This document shows positions 17,101-26,383 of a stretch of DNA of 54,326 nucleotides, in pieces (the stretch's first letter is position 1; every line of letters starts with the position of its first letter). A program made the translations under genes and the position numbers. A model generated the notes under the pieces. It was not told the origin of the DNA, ran no database searches, and worked only from the letters and a program-made list of their open reading frames with translations. The DNA is from an uncultured Clostridia bacterium (GTDB lineage Bacteria > Bacillota > DTU025 > MWDF01), in the NCBI GenBank assembly GCA_964532805.1, contig CAZHKX010000002.1, forward strand, positions 1 to 54,326, in the 5' to 3' direction.

Positions 17101-17922
17101 ATGCATCACAGGGAATGGAACCACGGGACGAGGCTTGGGCAGAACTTCCTTAAGGATATGGGCATAGCATCCCAGATAGTGGCCGCGGCGACGGCTTTGC
17201 GGCCGACAATCGCGGTTGAGATTGGCCCCGGCAAAGGGGCCATCACTTTTTCGCTCGCGCGGCAGGTGGAAAGGCTCACGGCCATAGAGAGGGATGAAGC
17301 CCTCGCGGCAAAGATTACAAGGGAGACCGCCGAGCTGGGAAACGTCGAGGTCCTGGAGGACGATGCCATGAGGGTCGACTTCAGAGGGCTGATCGGCGGA
17401 TCTGGCGAGGGGGCGGTCCTGGTCGCAAACCTGCCCTATTACCTTTCTACTGATATGCTAAGGAAGGCCTTCCAGGAGGCCGCGTTCAAGCGCATGGTGT
17501 TCATGCTGCAGCTTGAGGTCGCCCGAAAGGTGTGCGCCTCTGCCGGGCAAGATGGCTACGGCCCGCTTGCGGTGGCAAGATGGGCAAACCATGACGCCGA
17601 CATCCTCTTTGAGGTGTCTCCACGCGCATTCGACCCTGTGCCAAGCGTAAAATCCGCAGTAGTGATGATAAAAAGGGTGGAGCCCAGGTCCTCCCTTACT
17701 TATGACAGGCTCATGAGATTTACGGATGCCGCCTTCATGGCCAGAAGGAAGAACATCAAGAACGCGCTTCTGGGAAGTCCCCTGAGGCCCGAAGCAGGCA
17801 CCTTGGCGGATGCCCTTGCTGAAGCTGGCCTTTTGGGCACCGAGAGGGCGGAGGAGATCCCACAGGAGAAGCTAGCCTGCCTTGCCAAGCGCCTTACCGA
17901 GGAGCCTCCCGCGATAAGCTAG
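17101..17922 (+). CDS. rsmA: 16S rRNA (adenine1518/1519-N6)-dimethyltransferase
   Basis: LGQNFLKD, EIGPGKGAIT and ANLPYY motifs. Confidence 0.9.
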   Translation: MHHREWNHGTRLGQNFLKDMGIASQIVAAATALRPTIAVEIGPGKGAITFSLARQVERLTAIERDEALAAKITRETAELGNVEVLEDDAMRVDFRGLIGGSGEGAVLVANLPYYLSTDMLRKAFQEAAFKRMVFMLQLEVARKVCASAGQDGYGPLAVARWANHDADILFEVSPRAFDPVPSVKSAVVMIKRVEPRSSLTYDRLMRFTDAAFMARRKNIKNALLGSPLRPEAGTLADALAEAGLLGTERAEEIPQEKLACLAKRLTEEPPAIS

Positions 17923-18743
17923 TTCAGGAACCCATAGGTCGCGAAAGACAGCACCCCCAGGCTGGACAACATGGACAGGAGGAAAGTCAGCTCCGCGAAC
18001 CTCCTGTTGTTGATGCCCATCTGCTCGGCGACGGCATCCATGTTGCTGAGGATGTTTCTCACCCTTCTCTTGGTCAGGAGCATGAGCAGGAAGTTGATGG
18101 CGTTCATCAGCATGATGAACAGAAGGGTGAACATCAGCATAGGCCACGAGGCGCTTTTCGAGACGAGCCAACCATAACCTGCTATCAATGCCGCCGATCC
18201 CGTCACAAGGCGTGCCAGCGTGAGCATCCTGCCCGGCCTGAAGAACCTGGAGGGGCTCTCGCTGCTATGATCCGCCGCTGCCAGCTCATGTGAATAGTAG
18301 ATCTCAAAAGCCGCCAATGATAGCTGCCAGGCTGCGAACAGCCCAGCGCAAACTCCGATAAGGCTGATGTTCAGATACCCTGCGGTAAGAAGGCAGAGGA
18401 CTGTAAGGATCGAAAGGGCTGCATGCAACAGTATATAATTGGACTTCGGGTTTCTAACCCTAAGCTTCCTTCCGGTTAATGCCTCCCAGGAATCCTTGGC
18501 CCTCTGGTCGAGGCAGGCAGCGGCGTTCTCATACCAGAGCAATCCCTCTCGCACCCTGCCCTCCGCGAGGTACCCCTCATCGGCATGGGTGGTAAGTAAG
18601 TCCCCCAGCTCCCGCATGCTGTCAACATCGCCTGACTGTGCGAGCTTCTTAAGCAGCTTTTCTACTTCACTGCCCGCCTCCGGCGTTATCATCGGGGTGT
18701 TCGTTGCCTGCGACGGGCCTTCGCCATGATAACCTAACCTCAT
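17919..18743 (-). CDS. Hypothetical membrane protein with an N-terminal Sel1/TPR-like segment
   Basis: AAGGAGG RBS. The soluble N-terminal ~90 aa includes GDVDSMRELGDLL...GLLWYENAA, followed by about 5 hydrophobic helices. Its end overlaps the rsmA stop by 4 nt (convergent). Confidence 0.5.
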   Translation of the reverse strand: MRLGYHGEGPSQATNTPMITPEAGSEVEKLLKKLAQSGDVDSMRELGDLLTTHADEGYLAEGRVREGLLWYENAAACLDQRAKDSWEALTGRKLRVRNPKSNYILLHAALSILTVLCLLTAGYLNISLIGVCAGLFAAWQLSLAAFEIYYSHELAAADHSSESPSRFFRPGRMLTLARLVTGSAALIAGYGWLVSKSASWPMLMFTLLFIMLMNAINFLLMLLTKRRVRNILSNMDAVAEQMGINNRRFAELTFLLSMLSSLGVLSFATYGFLN

Positions 18744-18977
18744 CCTGCCTCCTTGGATAGCCGATTTGCCCTCTGCCGCCTGTCATCGGCGTATCGCCTG
18801 CGGAGGGTTCGGCAAATGGGTCTATGAATGCTCGGCATCTTTGTAAACATATGTAAGCTTAGCCGCAGAAGAATGGATTCCTGCACCTTGATGCGGGTAT
18901 TTTCTGGACAGGCTATGCTTATGCGCATAGGATATTCACACAATATGCGAAAACTAAGGAAATTATCGCGAATTCTA

Positions 18978-19006
18978 TTGACTTAATGAAAACCGATTCG
19001 TATAAT
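18978..19006 (+). promoter_or_regulatory. Consensus sigma-A/sigma-70 promoter of the amino-acid ABC transporter operon
   Basis: TTGACT (18978-18983) - 17 nt - TATAAT (19001-19006), 44 nt upstream of the ATG at 19050. Confidence 0.75.
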
Positions 19007-19049
19007 CATAAATACTTTACTGAATATTAATGAATCGGAGGAGAAATAG

Positions 19050-19781
19050 ATGAAGAAGACTCTGGCAATCATAGCGATCATCGCTGCGTTCGCCCTTATG
19101 ATGGGCGGGGCCCAGGCGGCCAACAAGGTGCTAAAGGTGGGAAACGACCCTGCATTCCCGCCGTTTGAGTCGACGACCGACAAGGGCGAGATCATCGGAT
19201 TCGACATCGACCTCATAAAGGCGGTAGGCGCTGCGGCAGGATATGACGTGCAGATAATGGCAGTCGCATGGGACGGAATAATCCCCGGCCTTATCGCAGG
19301 CAACTACGATGTGATCGTATCGGCGATGACGATTACCGCCGAGCGCGCCCAGTCCGTCAACTTCTCGGACCCCTACTTCGAGGCGAGCCAGGTTATAGTC
19401 ACCACCAAGAAGAACAAGGTCCTCAACACCCTTGATGAGCTTACCGGCAAGAAGGTGTCCGTGCAGCTTGGAACCACCGGAGACTTCGTCGTGACCGACG
19501 AGGTGAAGAACGCCACGGTCAAGAGGTTCGACCTGGCCCCCCTTGCGGTTCAGGAGCTTCTTAACGGCGCAGTCGATGCGATGGTCATAGACGAGCCCGT
19601 CGCGAAGGCATATGTGCAGCAGTTCTCGAACCTGCAGTACGGCGCGAAGTGCACAGAGGAGCTTTACGGCTTCGCGATTTCGAAGAAGAACACCCAGCTT
19701 CTCGCCGACCTCAACGCCGGCCTCAAGAAGGTCAAGGCTGACGGCACATACGACAAGATATTCGCTAAGTGGTTCAAATAA
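19050..19781 (+). CDS. Polar amino-acid ABC transporter substrate-binding protein (family 3)
   Basis: Signal peptide, then LKVGNDPAFPPFE...GFDIDL...SAMTIT.ER...V.FSDPY, which is typical of family 3 binding proteins. Confidence 0.85.
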   Translation: MKKTLAIIAIIAAFALMMGGAQAANKVLKVGNDPAFPPFESTTDKGEIIGFDIDLIKAVGAAAGYDVQIMAVAWDGIIPGLIAGNYDVIVSAMTITAERAQSVNFSDPYFEASQVIVTTKKNKVLNTLDELTGKKVSVQLGTTGDFVVTDEVKNATVKRFDLAPLAVQELLNGAVDAMVIDEPVAKAYVQQFSNLQYGAKCTEELYGFAISKKNTQLLADLNAGLKKVKADGTYDKIFAKWFK

Positions 19782-19800
19782 TATAGCAAAGGGCCTTTAA

Positions 19801-19850
19801 GCTGAGCCGCCGGGTCCGAAAAGGCCCGGCGGCTCAGCGTTGTCTGTTGC
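19801..19850 (+). terminator. Intercistronic hairpin (partial terminator or mRNA stabiliser) between the binding-protein and permease genes
   Basis: GCTGAGCCGCCGGG (19801-19814) / CCCGGCGGCTCAGC (19825-19838) form a perfect 14-bp stem, followed by GTTGTCTGTTG. Confidence 0.6.
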
Positions 19851-19921
19851 ATATATTGAGCATAACCTGTATGATTATTTGAACGTGGCACATTATTATT
19901 CCACATGATACGGAGGTCCCG

Positions 19922-20581
19922 ATGTTGGATTTCTCATTCATACCGAGGATTTTCCCCAGCCTTCTTAATGGAGCTTTCGTGACGCTGTGGCTGACCGCCG
20001 CGGCTGTCAGTGTGGGGTTCATCATCGGCTCTTTCATGGGCGTGATGGCTTCAGGAGTCAACAAACCCCTGAAGTTCGTATCCACGGTATATATAAACGT
20101 CATAAGGGGGACGCCCCTTCTGGTCCAGATATTCCTCGTGTACTTCGGAATACCGGCCCTACTTGGAAGGTCCATGCCGTCGAGCCTTGCCGCCATCATG
20201 GCGCTGAGCTTCAACTCCGGCGCTTATGTCGGGGAGATCGTAAGAGGCGGCATCAACTCGATAGACAGGGGGCAGTACGAGGCCTCGTTCTCCCTCGGGA
20301 TGAACAGGAAGCAGACGATGCTTCACGTGGTCTTCCCCCAGGCGTTCAAGAGGATCGTGCCGATGCTGGGAAACGAGTTCATAGCGATGCTTAAGGACTC
20401 GTCGCTAGTCGCCGTCATATCCATGGAGGAGCTGCTGAGGAAGGGGCAGCTTGCCGTCACGAGGACATTCAGGCCGTTTGAGGTGTACATAGTGATAACC
20501 CTGATGTACCTAGTGATGACATACTGCATATCGCTTCTTGTGAAGTGGAGCGAAAGGAGGCTTGCCACCGATGAAAGATAA
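19922..20581 (+). CDS. Amino-acid ABC transporter permease (His/Glu/Gln/Arg/opine family)
   Basis: 219 aa, about 5 TM helices. [15 protein letters not shown] and EAA-like loop ([27 protein letters not shown]). Confidence 0.9.
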   Translation: MLDFSFIPRIFPSLLNGAFVTLWLTAAAVSVGFIIGSFMGVMASGVNKPLKFVSTVYINVIRGTPLLVQIFLVYFGIPALLGRSMPSSLAAIMALSFNSGAYVGEIVRGGINSIDRGQYEASFSLGMNRKQTMLHVVFPQAFKRIVPMLGNEFIAMLKDSSLVAVISMEELLRKGQLAVTRTFRPFEVYIVITLMYLVMTYCISLLVKWSERRLATDER

Positions 20582-21317
20582 CATTATCGAAGTCCGCGGC
20601 CTCCATAAGAAGTTCAAGAGGATAGACGCCCTCAAAGGCGTGGACATAGACATCGAGAAGGGGAAAGTCATGGTCCTAATCGGACCCTCCGGATCGGGCA
20701 AGAGCACGCTGCTTCGCTGCATGAACCTTCTGGAGAAACCTACCGCCGGGGATGTGATGTTCGAGGGCAGGAAGATCAACGACAAACACGTCGACATAAA
20801 TGAAGTCAGGCGCGAGATGGGCATGGTCTTCCAGAGCTTCAACCTTTTCCCGCACCTCAGGGTCATAGACAACATAGCCCTGGCGCCAATCAAGGTAAGG
20901 GGCATGAGCAGGCAGGAGGCCCAGGATTCGGCCATGGAGCTACTGAAGAAGGTCGGCATCCCGGAGAAGGCCCATGCCTATCCGGCACAGCTTTCAGGCG
21001 GCCAGCAGCAGAGGGTTGCTATAGCCAGGGCGCTTGCCATGAAGCCTAAGGTCATGCTGTTCGACGAGCCGACCTCCGCCCTGGACCCGGAGATGATAGG
21101 CGAGGTCCTGGACGTGATGAAGCAGCTTGCCTACGACGGGATGACGATGGCCATCGTCACCCATGAGATGGGCTTTGCCAGGGAAGTCGGTGACATGGTC
21201 ACATTCATGGACGAGGGCCTTATCGTAGAGCAGGCCGAGCCCGAGAAGCTGTTCGCCTCGCCCGAGAATCCAAGGACCAGGACGTTCCTCAGCAAGGTTC
21301 TCACCTCGAGAGGATAG
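20571..21317 (+). CDS. Amino-acid ABC transporter ATP-binding protein (GlnQ-like)
   Basis: ATG at 20571 with an [35 protein letters not shown] and FDEPTSALD motifs. Confidence 0.9.
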   Translation: MKDNIIEVRGLHKKFKRIDALKGVDIDIEKGKVMVLIGPSGSGKSTLLRCMNLLEKPTAGDVMFEGRKINDKHVDINEVRREMGMVFQSFNLFPHLRVIDNIALAPIKVRGMSRQEAQDSAMELLKKVGIPEKAHAYPAQLSGGQQQRVAIARALAMKPKVMLFDEPTSALDPEMIGEVLDVMKQLAYDGMTMAIVTHEMGFAREVGDMVTFMDEGLIVEQAEPEKLFASPENPRTRTFLSKVLTSRG

Positions 21318-21331
21318 ATTAAGGACAACAA

Positions 21332-21381
21332 AGCCGCCTTTGGTTGGAAGCTTGAAGCTCCCCCAAGGGCGGCTTTCTCTT
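21332..21381. terminator. Bidirectional terminator hairpin
   Basis: AGCCGCCTTTGG / CCAAGGGCGGCT form a 12-bp stem (one G-U pair), followed by TTCTCTT. It lies between convergent genes. Confidence 0.55.
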
Positions 21382-21434
21382 GCACAGGTTGTACTGAGTT
21401 GCCATGAGCCTTGAGTTTCAGGCGCGTTCGGCCG

Positions 21435-22313
21435 TCAACTGGCCCTCCTCTCAAGCTTAAGCGCCTTGAACAGGGCAGTGGCCCCCGCTGTCGGCCAGAG
21501 GCCGAGGAGGAAGTATAGCGGCAGCAGGAGGCCGGGATATGAGTAGGTGGCGACGTCGGCCCCCTCCTTCAGGGCCAGGAATGCGGCGAAGCCCAGTACG
21601 AGCTTCATAAGCTGCGAGATGAAGGGGCCATCCGCCTCCGTCCTGATGGACCTGACATGTATGCGGTAGCCGAGGGACATGCCGCCGATTATCCCAATTA
21701 GGCCTATGTAGTCCTCCCCTCCTTTGGATAGGGATGGTACAAGCGCATACGCCAGAAGCGATGCTCCGGAGACCAAGAAGGCGAAGGTCGCAAGGCCACC
21801 CTTAAGATGCCTTTCGGCTAGCGTAAGTGCCATAACCACGGTAATCGAGGTCAGCGCGCCACCGAGCCATCCCCAGAGCACCTGCAGGGGGAAATGCACC
21901 CCGCCATATATCCTTGTGAAGCCGATAAGAAGGATAAGGGCGGCGGATAGGACCCAGAACCATGCCCTTCTGAAGCGGAAGGACGCGGCAGTCCAGAATG
22001 CCATCGAGTTGAAGGCATGCCCTGAAGGCATCCCGCTTCCGATAGCGGAATCCAGGAAAGCCTCGCTCACGTGCATCGAAGCTTCCACCTGGAAGGGCCT
22101 CAGCGCGTTAACCATTCCCTTTGCTATGTCTGTGGCGACGCCGCCGGAAAGCACCGACATGCCGATGTAGTAGCCTGACTTCCGGTTGATGCACCAATAG
22201 ATGACGGGCACTGCAATCAGGTAGAACTTGGTGGAGCCAAGCTGGGTTATGTAGAACATCAGATTGTCCAGCAATGGCGAGGCGATTGACCTTAGTTGTA
22301 GGATCAGTTGCAT
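21435..22313 (-). CDS. PAP2-family membrane phosphatase with extra C-terminal TM helices
   Basis: PAP2 motifs KGMVNALRP, PSGHAF and RIYGGVHFPLQV. Start taken as the ATG at 22313 (AAGGAGGT upstream); the ATG at 22331 is also possible. Confidence 0.75.
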   Translation of the reverse strand: MQLILQLRSIASPLLDNLMFYITQLGSTKFYLIAVPVIYWCINRKSGYYIGMSVLSGGVATDIAKGMVNALRPFQVEASMHVSEAFLDSAIGSGMPSGHAFNSMAFWTAASFRFRRAWFWVLSAALILLIGFTRIYGGVHFPLQVLWGWLGGALTSITVVMALTLAERHLKGGLATFAFLVSGASLLAYALVPSLSKGGEDYIGLIGIIGGMSLGYRIHVRSIRTEADGPFISQLMKLVLGFAAFLALKEGADVATYSYPGLLLPLYFLLGLWPTAGATALFKALKLERRAS

Positions 22314-22355
22314 AGGCACCTCCTTAGGCATGTGCTTAAGTCTAAGATACTACCA

Positions 22356-22499
22356 GGCAAGTCCCCGCAGAAGGGGTGAATGCTCAAAGCCAGCGCACAT
22401 CAGGAGCGGTGAGGGTGAAGCTTCCGGCCACATCGTGTGTGCCGGTTCAACCGTCGTCGGCTTGAACGCAGGCATCTCCCCTGCACAGGCGGTCTTGCC
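22356..22499. ncRNA. Candidate structured RNA or leader (unclassified); a GC-rich rod-like imperfect hairpin
   Basis: GGCAAG (22356-61) pairs with CTTGCC (22494-99). Further colinear pairings are GCAG..GGGG..TGC with GCA..CCCC..CTGC and TCAAAGCC with GGCTTGAA. The apical hairpin is CCGGC-12 nt-GCCGG. The segment is GC-rich, unlike the AT-rich segment 22500-22600 next to it. Confidence 0.2.
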
Positions 22500-22608
22500 A
22501 AATCCGCAGGTATAGTATATGATTTGCATCAAGGTACTCGGTATACAACAAACAGAGATTGCTATTTTTGCATCGCGAAGTACAATCGAAAACAATCGGA
22601 GGATTGCC

Positions 22609-23535
22609 TTGGTTTTATCTATCGGTGACGTCATGCTGGATATATACATAGACGAGCCGTCGGAGCTGAACAGGGACACCGACACTCCCGGAAGGACTGC
22701 ATTAAACTGGGGGGGCTCCGCCGCAAACTTCGCGGTTTGGGCTTCTAGGCTTGGCCTTGTTAGTGCGATATCGGGTCGAGTAGGCGCGGATTTCGTCGGT
22801 GAAGCTGCGATAGCCGATTTCGAAAGGGAGAATGTCCTGCCGCTTCTAGCCCGTGATTCAGCCCTTCCCACCGGCACGGTCGTAGTAAGAAGCAGGAGGG
22901 GCTCAGGCCGCGAGATGATATGCGACAGGAAGGCGAATGCGGCATTCTCCGCTGCAGACCTTCCCTTGGATAAGATCAGGGGCGCGAAGTGGGTTCACAT
23001 CTCAGGCTACACCGTTATTGAAGAGGCGCCGAGAGCTGCGGTAAAAGCGGCGATCGCAGCCGCTTCAGATGGCGATGCCGTAATCTCGGTGGACCCCGGC
23101 TCGTGTTCGCTTATCGGAAGCATGGGCGTCATGAGATTCATGGATGCGGTCCGCGGCGCCTCGCTTATTATGCCCAACCTGGAGGAGGCGGAGCTGCTTA
23201 CAGGAGAGGAAGAAGTCCAAAAGATGCTTGATGCGCTTCTTGAAAGCTTCCCCTGCGCGGTAATCAAGCTCGGAGCCGATGGAGCCGCCTATGCAGACAG
23301 TCAGGGAGAGCGCGGCAGCAGGGCCGCATTCCCCGCAGTTGCCGTGGACGTAAATGGAGCGGGGGATTCTTTCGCCGCCGCTTTTGCCGCGGAGTATCTG
23401 GAAAGAGGGGACATCGGCCGTGCGACGGAGGCCGGATGCGCTCTGGCGGCATGCGTCGTAGGCGCAAGCGGGGCAAGGCCGACAGTGGGTCTTGATTCCT
23501 GGAAGTCAAGCTACGGAAGGAGGGGACGCTCATGA
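22609..23535 (+). CDS. PfkB-family carbohydrate/nucleoside kinase
   Basis: TTG start at 22609 (GGAGG RBS 6 nt upstream) gives MVLSIGDVMLDIY. The C-terminal VNGAGDSFAAAF is the PfkB signature. Confidence 0.75.
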   Translation: MVLSIGDVMLDIYIDEPSELNRDTDTPGRTALNWGGSAANFAVWASRLGLVSAISGRVGADFVGEAAIADFERENVLPLLARDSALPTGTVVVRSRRGSGREMICDRKANAAFSAADLPLDKIRGAKWVHISGYTVIEEAPRAAVKAAIAAASDGDAVISVDPGSCSLIGSMGVMRFMDAVRGASLIMPNLEEAELLTGEEEVQKMLDALLESFPCAVIKLGADGAAYADSQGERGSRAAFPAVAVDVNGAGDSFAAAFAAEYLERGDIGRATEAGCALAACVVGASGARPTVGLDSWKSSYGRRGRS

Positions 23536-25232
23536 GGCATCGCAGGGCTCTTTCGATAATAGCGCTGATTGCGGCGTGCATTGTCCTGATGCAGCTTGTT
23601 CCGGCTGCGGCTCTTAGCGCCGAGGGCGACACCCCGGAAGGACCGGGCATACCTCCTGAAGGCTGGTCCAGGGAGACGATGCTATGCGAATACTCAAGGC
23701 TGACGGGTGCATTCTCCGCAGGAATATCGGGGAAGACGGTGCTTATCGCCTATTCTGACGGCGAGTACGATTGGCTGAGGGTGGTCGCAAGGGCATTCGA
23801 GCTGACGAAGGACGGCCCGCAGCTTCTGTGGCAGAAGGACGTATCCCAGCAGCAGACGCACAATATCACCCCTACGGTGGTGAGCTCGGCGTCGGGCGGT
23901 TTCCATGTCCTTTGGGTCGAAAGGCCCAACCAGGACGACTACAGCATCAGATACTCTAAGCTTGGCCCGGACGGAACAGCCGTGATCGGCGACACGCTCC
24001 TTGAGACTGCAGGAGGCCCTATTAGGGATATAGCGGCGGTGGAGCTTTTTGACGGTTCGCTTGCGATTGCCTGGTCTGACTGGAGGGGGCGCACGCTCGA
24101 GATAATCAAGGGGCGGGTGACCTTCGGGGGCGGATCGGCCCGGCTTTCGGGATTATCGAACCTTGCCCGCGCTGAGGTGGATAAGGCCATGTCGAACCCG
24201 CGCATGGCATTCGAGAGGGCATCGGGAAGCCTTGTGCTTGTGTGGGTCGAAAGCGGCTTCGAGGAGGCAAACATCTATGCGGCGGGGATCGACCCGGAAA
24301 CCATGGAAGTGCTCGGATCCGAGCTTCTGGGAAGCTTCACCACGGCATCAGGGGGCTATCCCACCGTCGCGGCAGGCGGCCCTGGAGAGGTCTATATAGC
24401 ATGGCCTCAGGATATCAACATCAAATCGCTTACGGCCATAAGGACATCCGACATCATGATGGCCAAGCTCGTGGACGGAAAGCCGGTATGGTCGGGCAAG
24501 ATCGTGGAGCTTCCCGAGGATCAGACGGCCCCGGCGCTTGCCTTCGACGGCGCGGAGCCTTTCGCCGCATGGCACGATTACTCCGAGAGGAGCCCTCACA
24601 CCTGGGTGAGGAGACCGTTTGCAGACGATGCGGCCTACAGGCTCGACTATAGCCTGATGGCGGGCATGAGGCCGGTGGCCCTGATGACTGACGACGGCCT
24701 TGCAGCCGTAATCTACGAGAGGTTCACGGGAGACGGCCCGAGGCAGGCATTTCTCATGTCGCAGGTGAACCCGGCCGTGATAACGCCCCTTTACATCATG
24801 GGCATCGATGAGGCGGCACCTGCAAGGCATGTGGCCTTCACGATGGCGCTCTCCTTCCTGTATGCCGGCATGAACGTCATGGTAAACATAGGGGCGCTGA
24901 TGCTTGGTATGGGCATGCTCTGGCTGATGAAGAAGGCAGGAATCAAGGACAGCCTGAGAAACCGCCCCGAACTCATGGCGGCTGCAATGATCCTGTTCCT
25001 GATGCTGCTGCAGGGGACGCCGCTGTTCGTGTCGCTTCCTGAGATATATGGAGCTGACTTCCACATCATAGCGTCGCTCGCTGCGGCTGTCGGAGCGTTC
25101 TTCCTGATGAGGCTGGGCAGGTCCGAATGGTGGCTCGACTCATTGATGCAGCTTGTATTCATGTGCGTGTGGCTGTTCTTCCAGCAATACGCCCTTCTCA
25201 TACCAGGCATCCTGAAAGTGGGGTTGAGGTAG
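23532..25232 (+). CDS. Hypothetical membrane-anchored protein: signal peptide, beta-propeller-like ectodomain, C-terminal multi-TM domain
   Basis: The start overlaps the pfkB stop (ATGA). At least 6 repeats of a hydrophobic-W-x-D/E blade-like motif occur (FHVLWVERP, LAIAWSDWRG, LVLVWVESG, VYIAWPQD, PFAAWHDY). There are 4-5 C-terminal hydrophobic helices. Confidence 0.5.
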   Translation: MRHRRALSIIALIAACIVLMQLVPAAALSAEGDTPEGPGIPPEGWSRETMLCEYSRLTGAFSAGISGKTVLIAYSDGEYDWLRVVARAFELTKDGPQLLWQKDVSQQQTHNITPTVVSSASGGFHVLWVERPNQDDYSIRYSKLGPDGTAVIGDTLLETAGGPIRDIAAVELFDGSLAIAWSDWRGRTLEIIKGRVTFGGGSARLSGLSNLARAEVDKAMSNPRMAFERASGSLVLVWVESGFEEANIYAAGIDPETMEVLGSELLGSFTTASGGYPTVAAGGPGEVYIAWPQDINIKSLTAIRTSDIMMAKLVDGKPVWSGKIVELPEDQTAPALAFDGAEPFAAWHDYSERSPHTWVRRPFADDAAYRLDYSLMAGMRPVALMTDDGLAAVIYERFTGDGPRQAFLMSQVNPAVITPLYIMGIDEAAPARHVAFTMALSFLYAGMNVMVNIGALMLGMGMLWLMKKAGIKDSLRNRPELMAAAMILFLMLLQGTPLFVSLPEIYGADFHIIASLAAAVGAFFLMRLGRSEWWLDSLMQLVFMCVWLFFQQYALLIPGILKVGLR

Positions 25233-25233
25233 C

Positions 25234-25434
25234 ATGAAGCTCAGCAGGACCGCGACTACGGTTATGTTCTTCATAGGGACGATACTTGTCCTGACGGCCA
25301 TGGTCTTCCTCTACGGGTATCTGACTGGGGGAGGCGAGACAGGCAGGAGGTACCTGCCGTTCTACTATCCCCTGGCTGGCCTTCTTCTCGTAATGGCGGC
25401 GGCTTTCGCGCAGGGCCGCCGTAACGGGGATTAG
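25234..25434 (+). CDS. Small 2-TM membrane protein
   Basis: 66 aa with two hydrophobic helices. It starts 1 nt after the preceding stop. Confidence 0.4.
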   Translation: MKLSRTATTVMFFIGTILVLTAMVFLYGYLTGGGETGRRYLPFYYPLAGLLLVMAAAFAQGRRNGD

Positions 25435-25440
25435 TAGCGC

Positions 25441-26373
25441 ATGGGCCGGCTTGGCTGCCTGGCAAGGGCTAAGGTGAACCTTACGCTCGACATACTGTCC
25501 AGAAGGCCTGACGGCTTCCACGACATAGAGAGCGTGGTGCAGACGCTGTCGCTTGCAGATGAGGTGCATCTTGAGAAGATCCCCGCTGCAGGGGGCATCA
25601 GCTTAAGGGCAGAAGGGGATTTCAGAGTGCCCGAAGGGGCAGGAAACCTCGCTTACAGGGGGGCGGAGGCCTTCATGGAGGCACTTTGCGCAAGGGACGG
25701 AAGGGATGCCCGCTTCGGAGCTAGCTTAAGGCTTGTGAAGAGGGTGCCGGCTGAAGCGGGGCTGGGCGGGGGAAGTTCTGACGCTGCTGCTGTGCTCCAT
25801 CTTATGAACGAGGCCGCGGACAGGCCCTTCGGTATGGAGGAGCTTGCGAGCATGGCGGGCAGGCTGGGTTCAGACGTGCCATACCTGCTTTCCGGAGGCC
25901 TCGCCCTCATTGAAGGCAGGGGAACCGAGGCGGAAGCGCTTGACGGGGCGGACATGGGCGGCCTGGGCATACTTCTGGCAAAGCCCGCCGAAGGGCTGTC
26001 TACAGCAGCGATGTACGCCGCATGGGACATGCGGGCGGAGCGCTCCGGAAAAGCTGGCGGCCCTACCCGCTCACGGCGTTTCATCGGCCTGCTAGGATCG
26101 GGAGACATCGGCGGCGCGCTCGGATGCGCGGGCAATGATTTCGAAGATGATGCAGAGCGGCTGTTGCCGGAAATTGCAGGAATCAAGGCGGCGATGCTCT
26201 CCAGGGGCGCTTCGGTAAGCTCTATGAGCGGATCGGGCTCGGCGGTGTTCGGAATTTTCGGGAGCTTATCAGAGGCTGAAGGCGCAGCTTCGGCGATAAA
26301 GGAGATGTTCGGCGGCGCATTCGTCGCCGCAGTGAGGGCGAACGGACGGCGCGGGGTACCGATGATAGGGTGA
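25441..26373 (+). CDS. ispE: 4-(cytidine 5'-diphospho)-2-C-methyl-D-erythritol kinase
   Basis: KVNLTLDI and the GHMP motif PAEAGLGGGSSDAAA. Confidence 0.9.
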   Translation: MGRLGCLARAKVNLTLDILSRRPDGFHDIESVVQTLSLADEVHLEKIPAAGGISLRAEGDFRVPEGAGNLAYRGAEAFMEALCARDGRDARFGASLRLVKRVPAEAGLGGGSSDAAAVLHLMNEAADRPFGMEELASMAGRLGSDVPYLLSGGLALIEGRGTEAEALDGADMGGLGILLAKPAEGLSTAAMYAAWDMRAERSGKAGGPTRSRRFIGLLGSGDIGGALGCAGNDFEDDAERLLPEIAGIKAAMLSRGASVSSMSGSGSAVFGIFGSLSEAEGAASAIKEMFGGAFVAAVRANGRRGVPMIG

Positions 26374-26383
26374 GGTGATCGTA

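Noticed and set aside
18740-18943. 67-aa minus-strand ORF upstream of the membrane-protein gene
   Set aside because: It has no RBS and a basic low-complexity sequence. It overlaps the RBS and start of the downstream gene. It more likely lies in 5' UTR or promoter DNA.
22356-22499. Identity of the rod-like element as SRP (4.5S) RNA, a TPP riboswitch or a c-di-AMP (ydaO) riboswitch
   Set aside because: Short similarities exist (GUGUGCCGG, GGGGUGAAU, GCCAGCG). However, the defining motifs are absent or in the wrong order: the SRP GGAA tetraloop/AGCA loop, the TPP CUGAGA...ACCUGA, and the ydaO GGGGACCCA.
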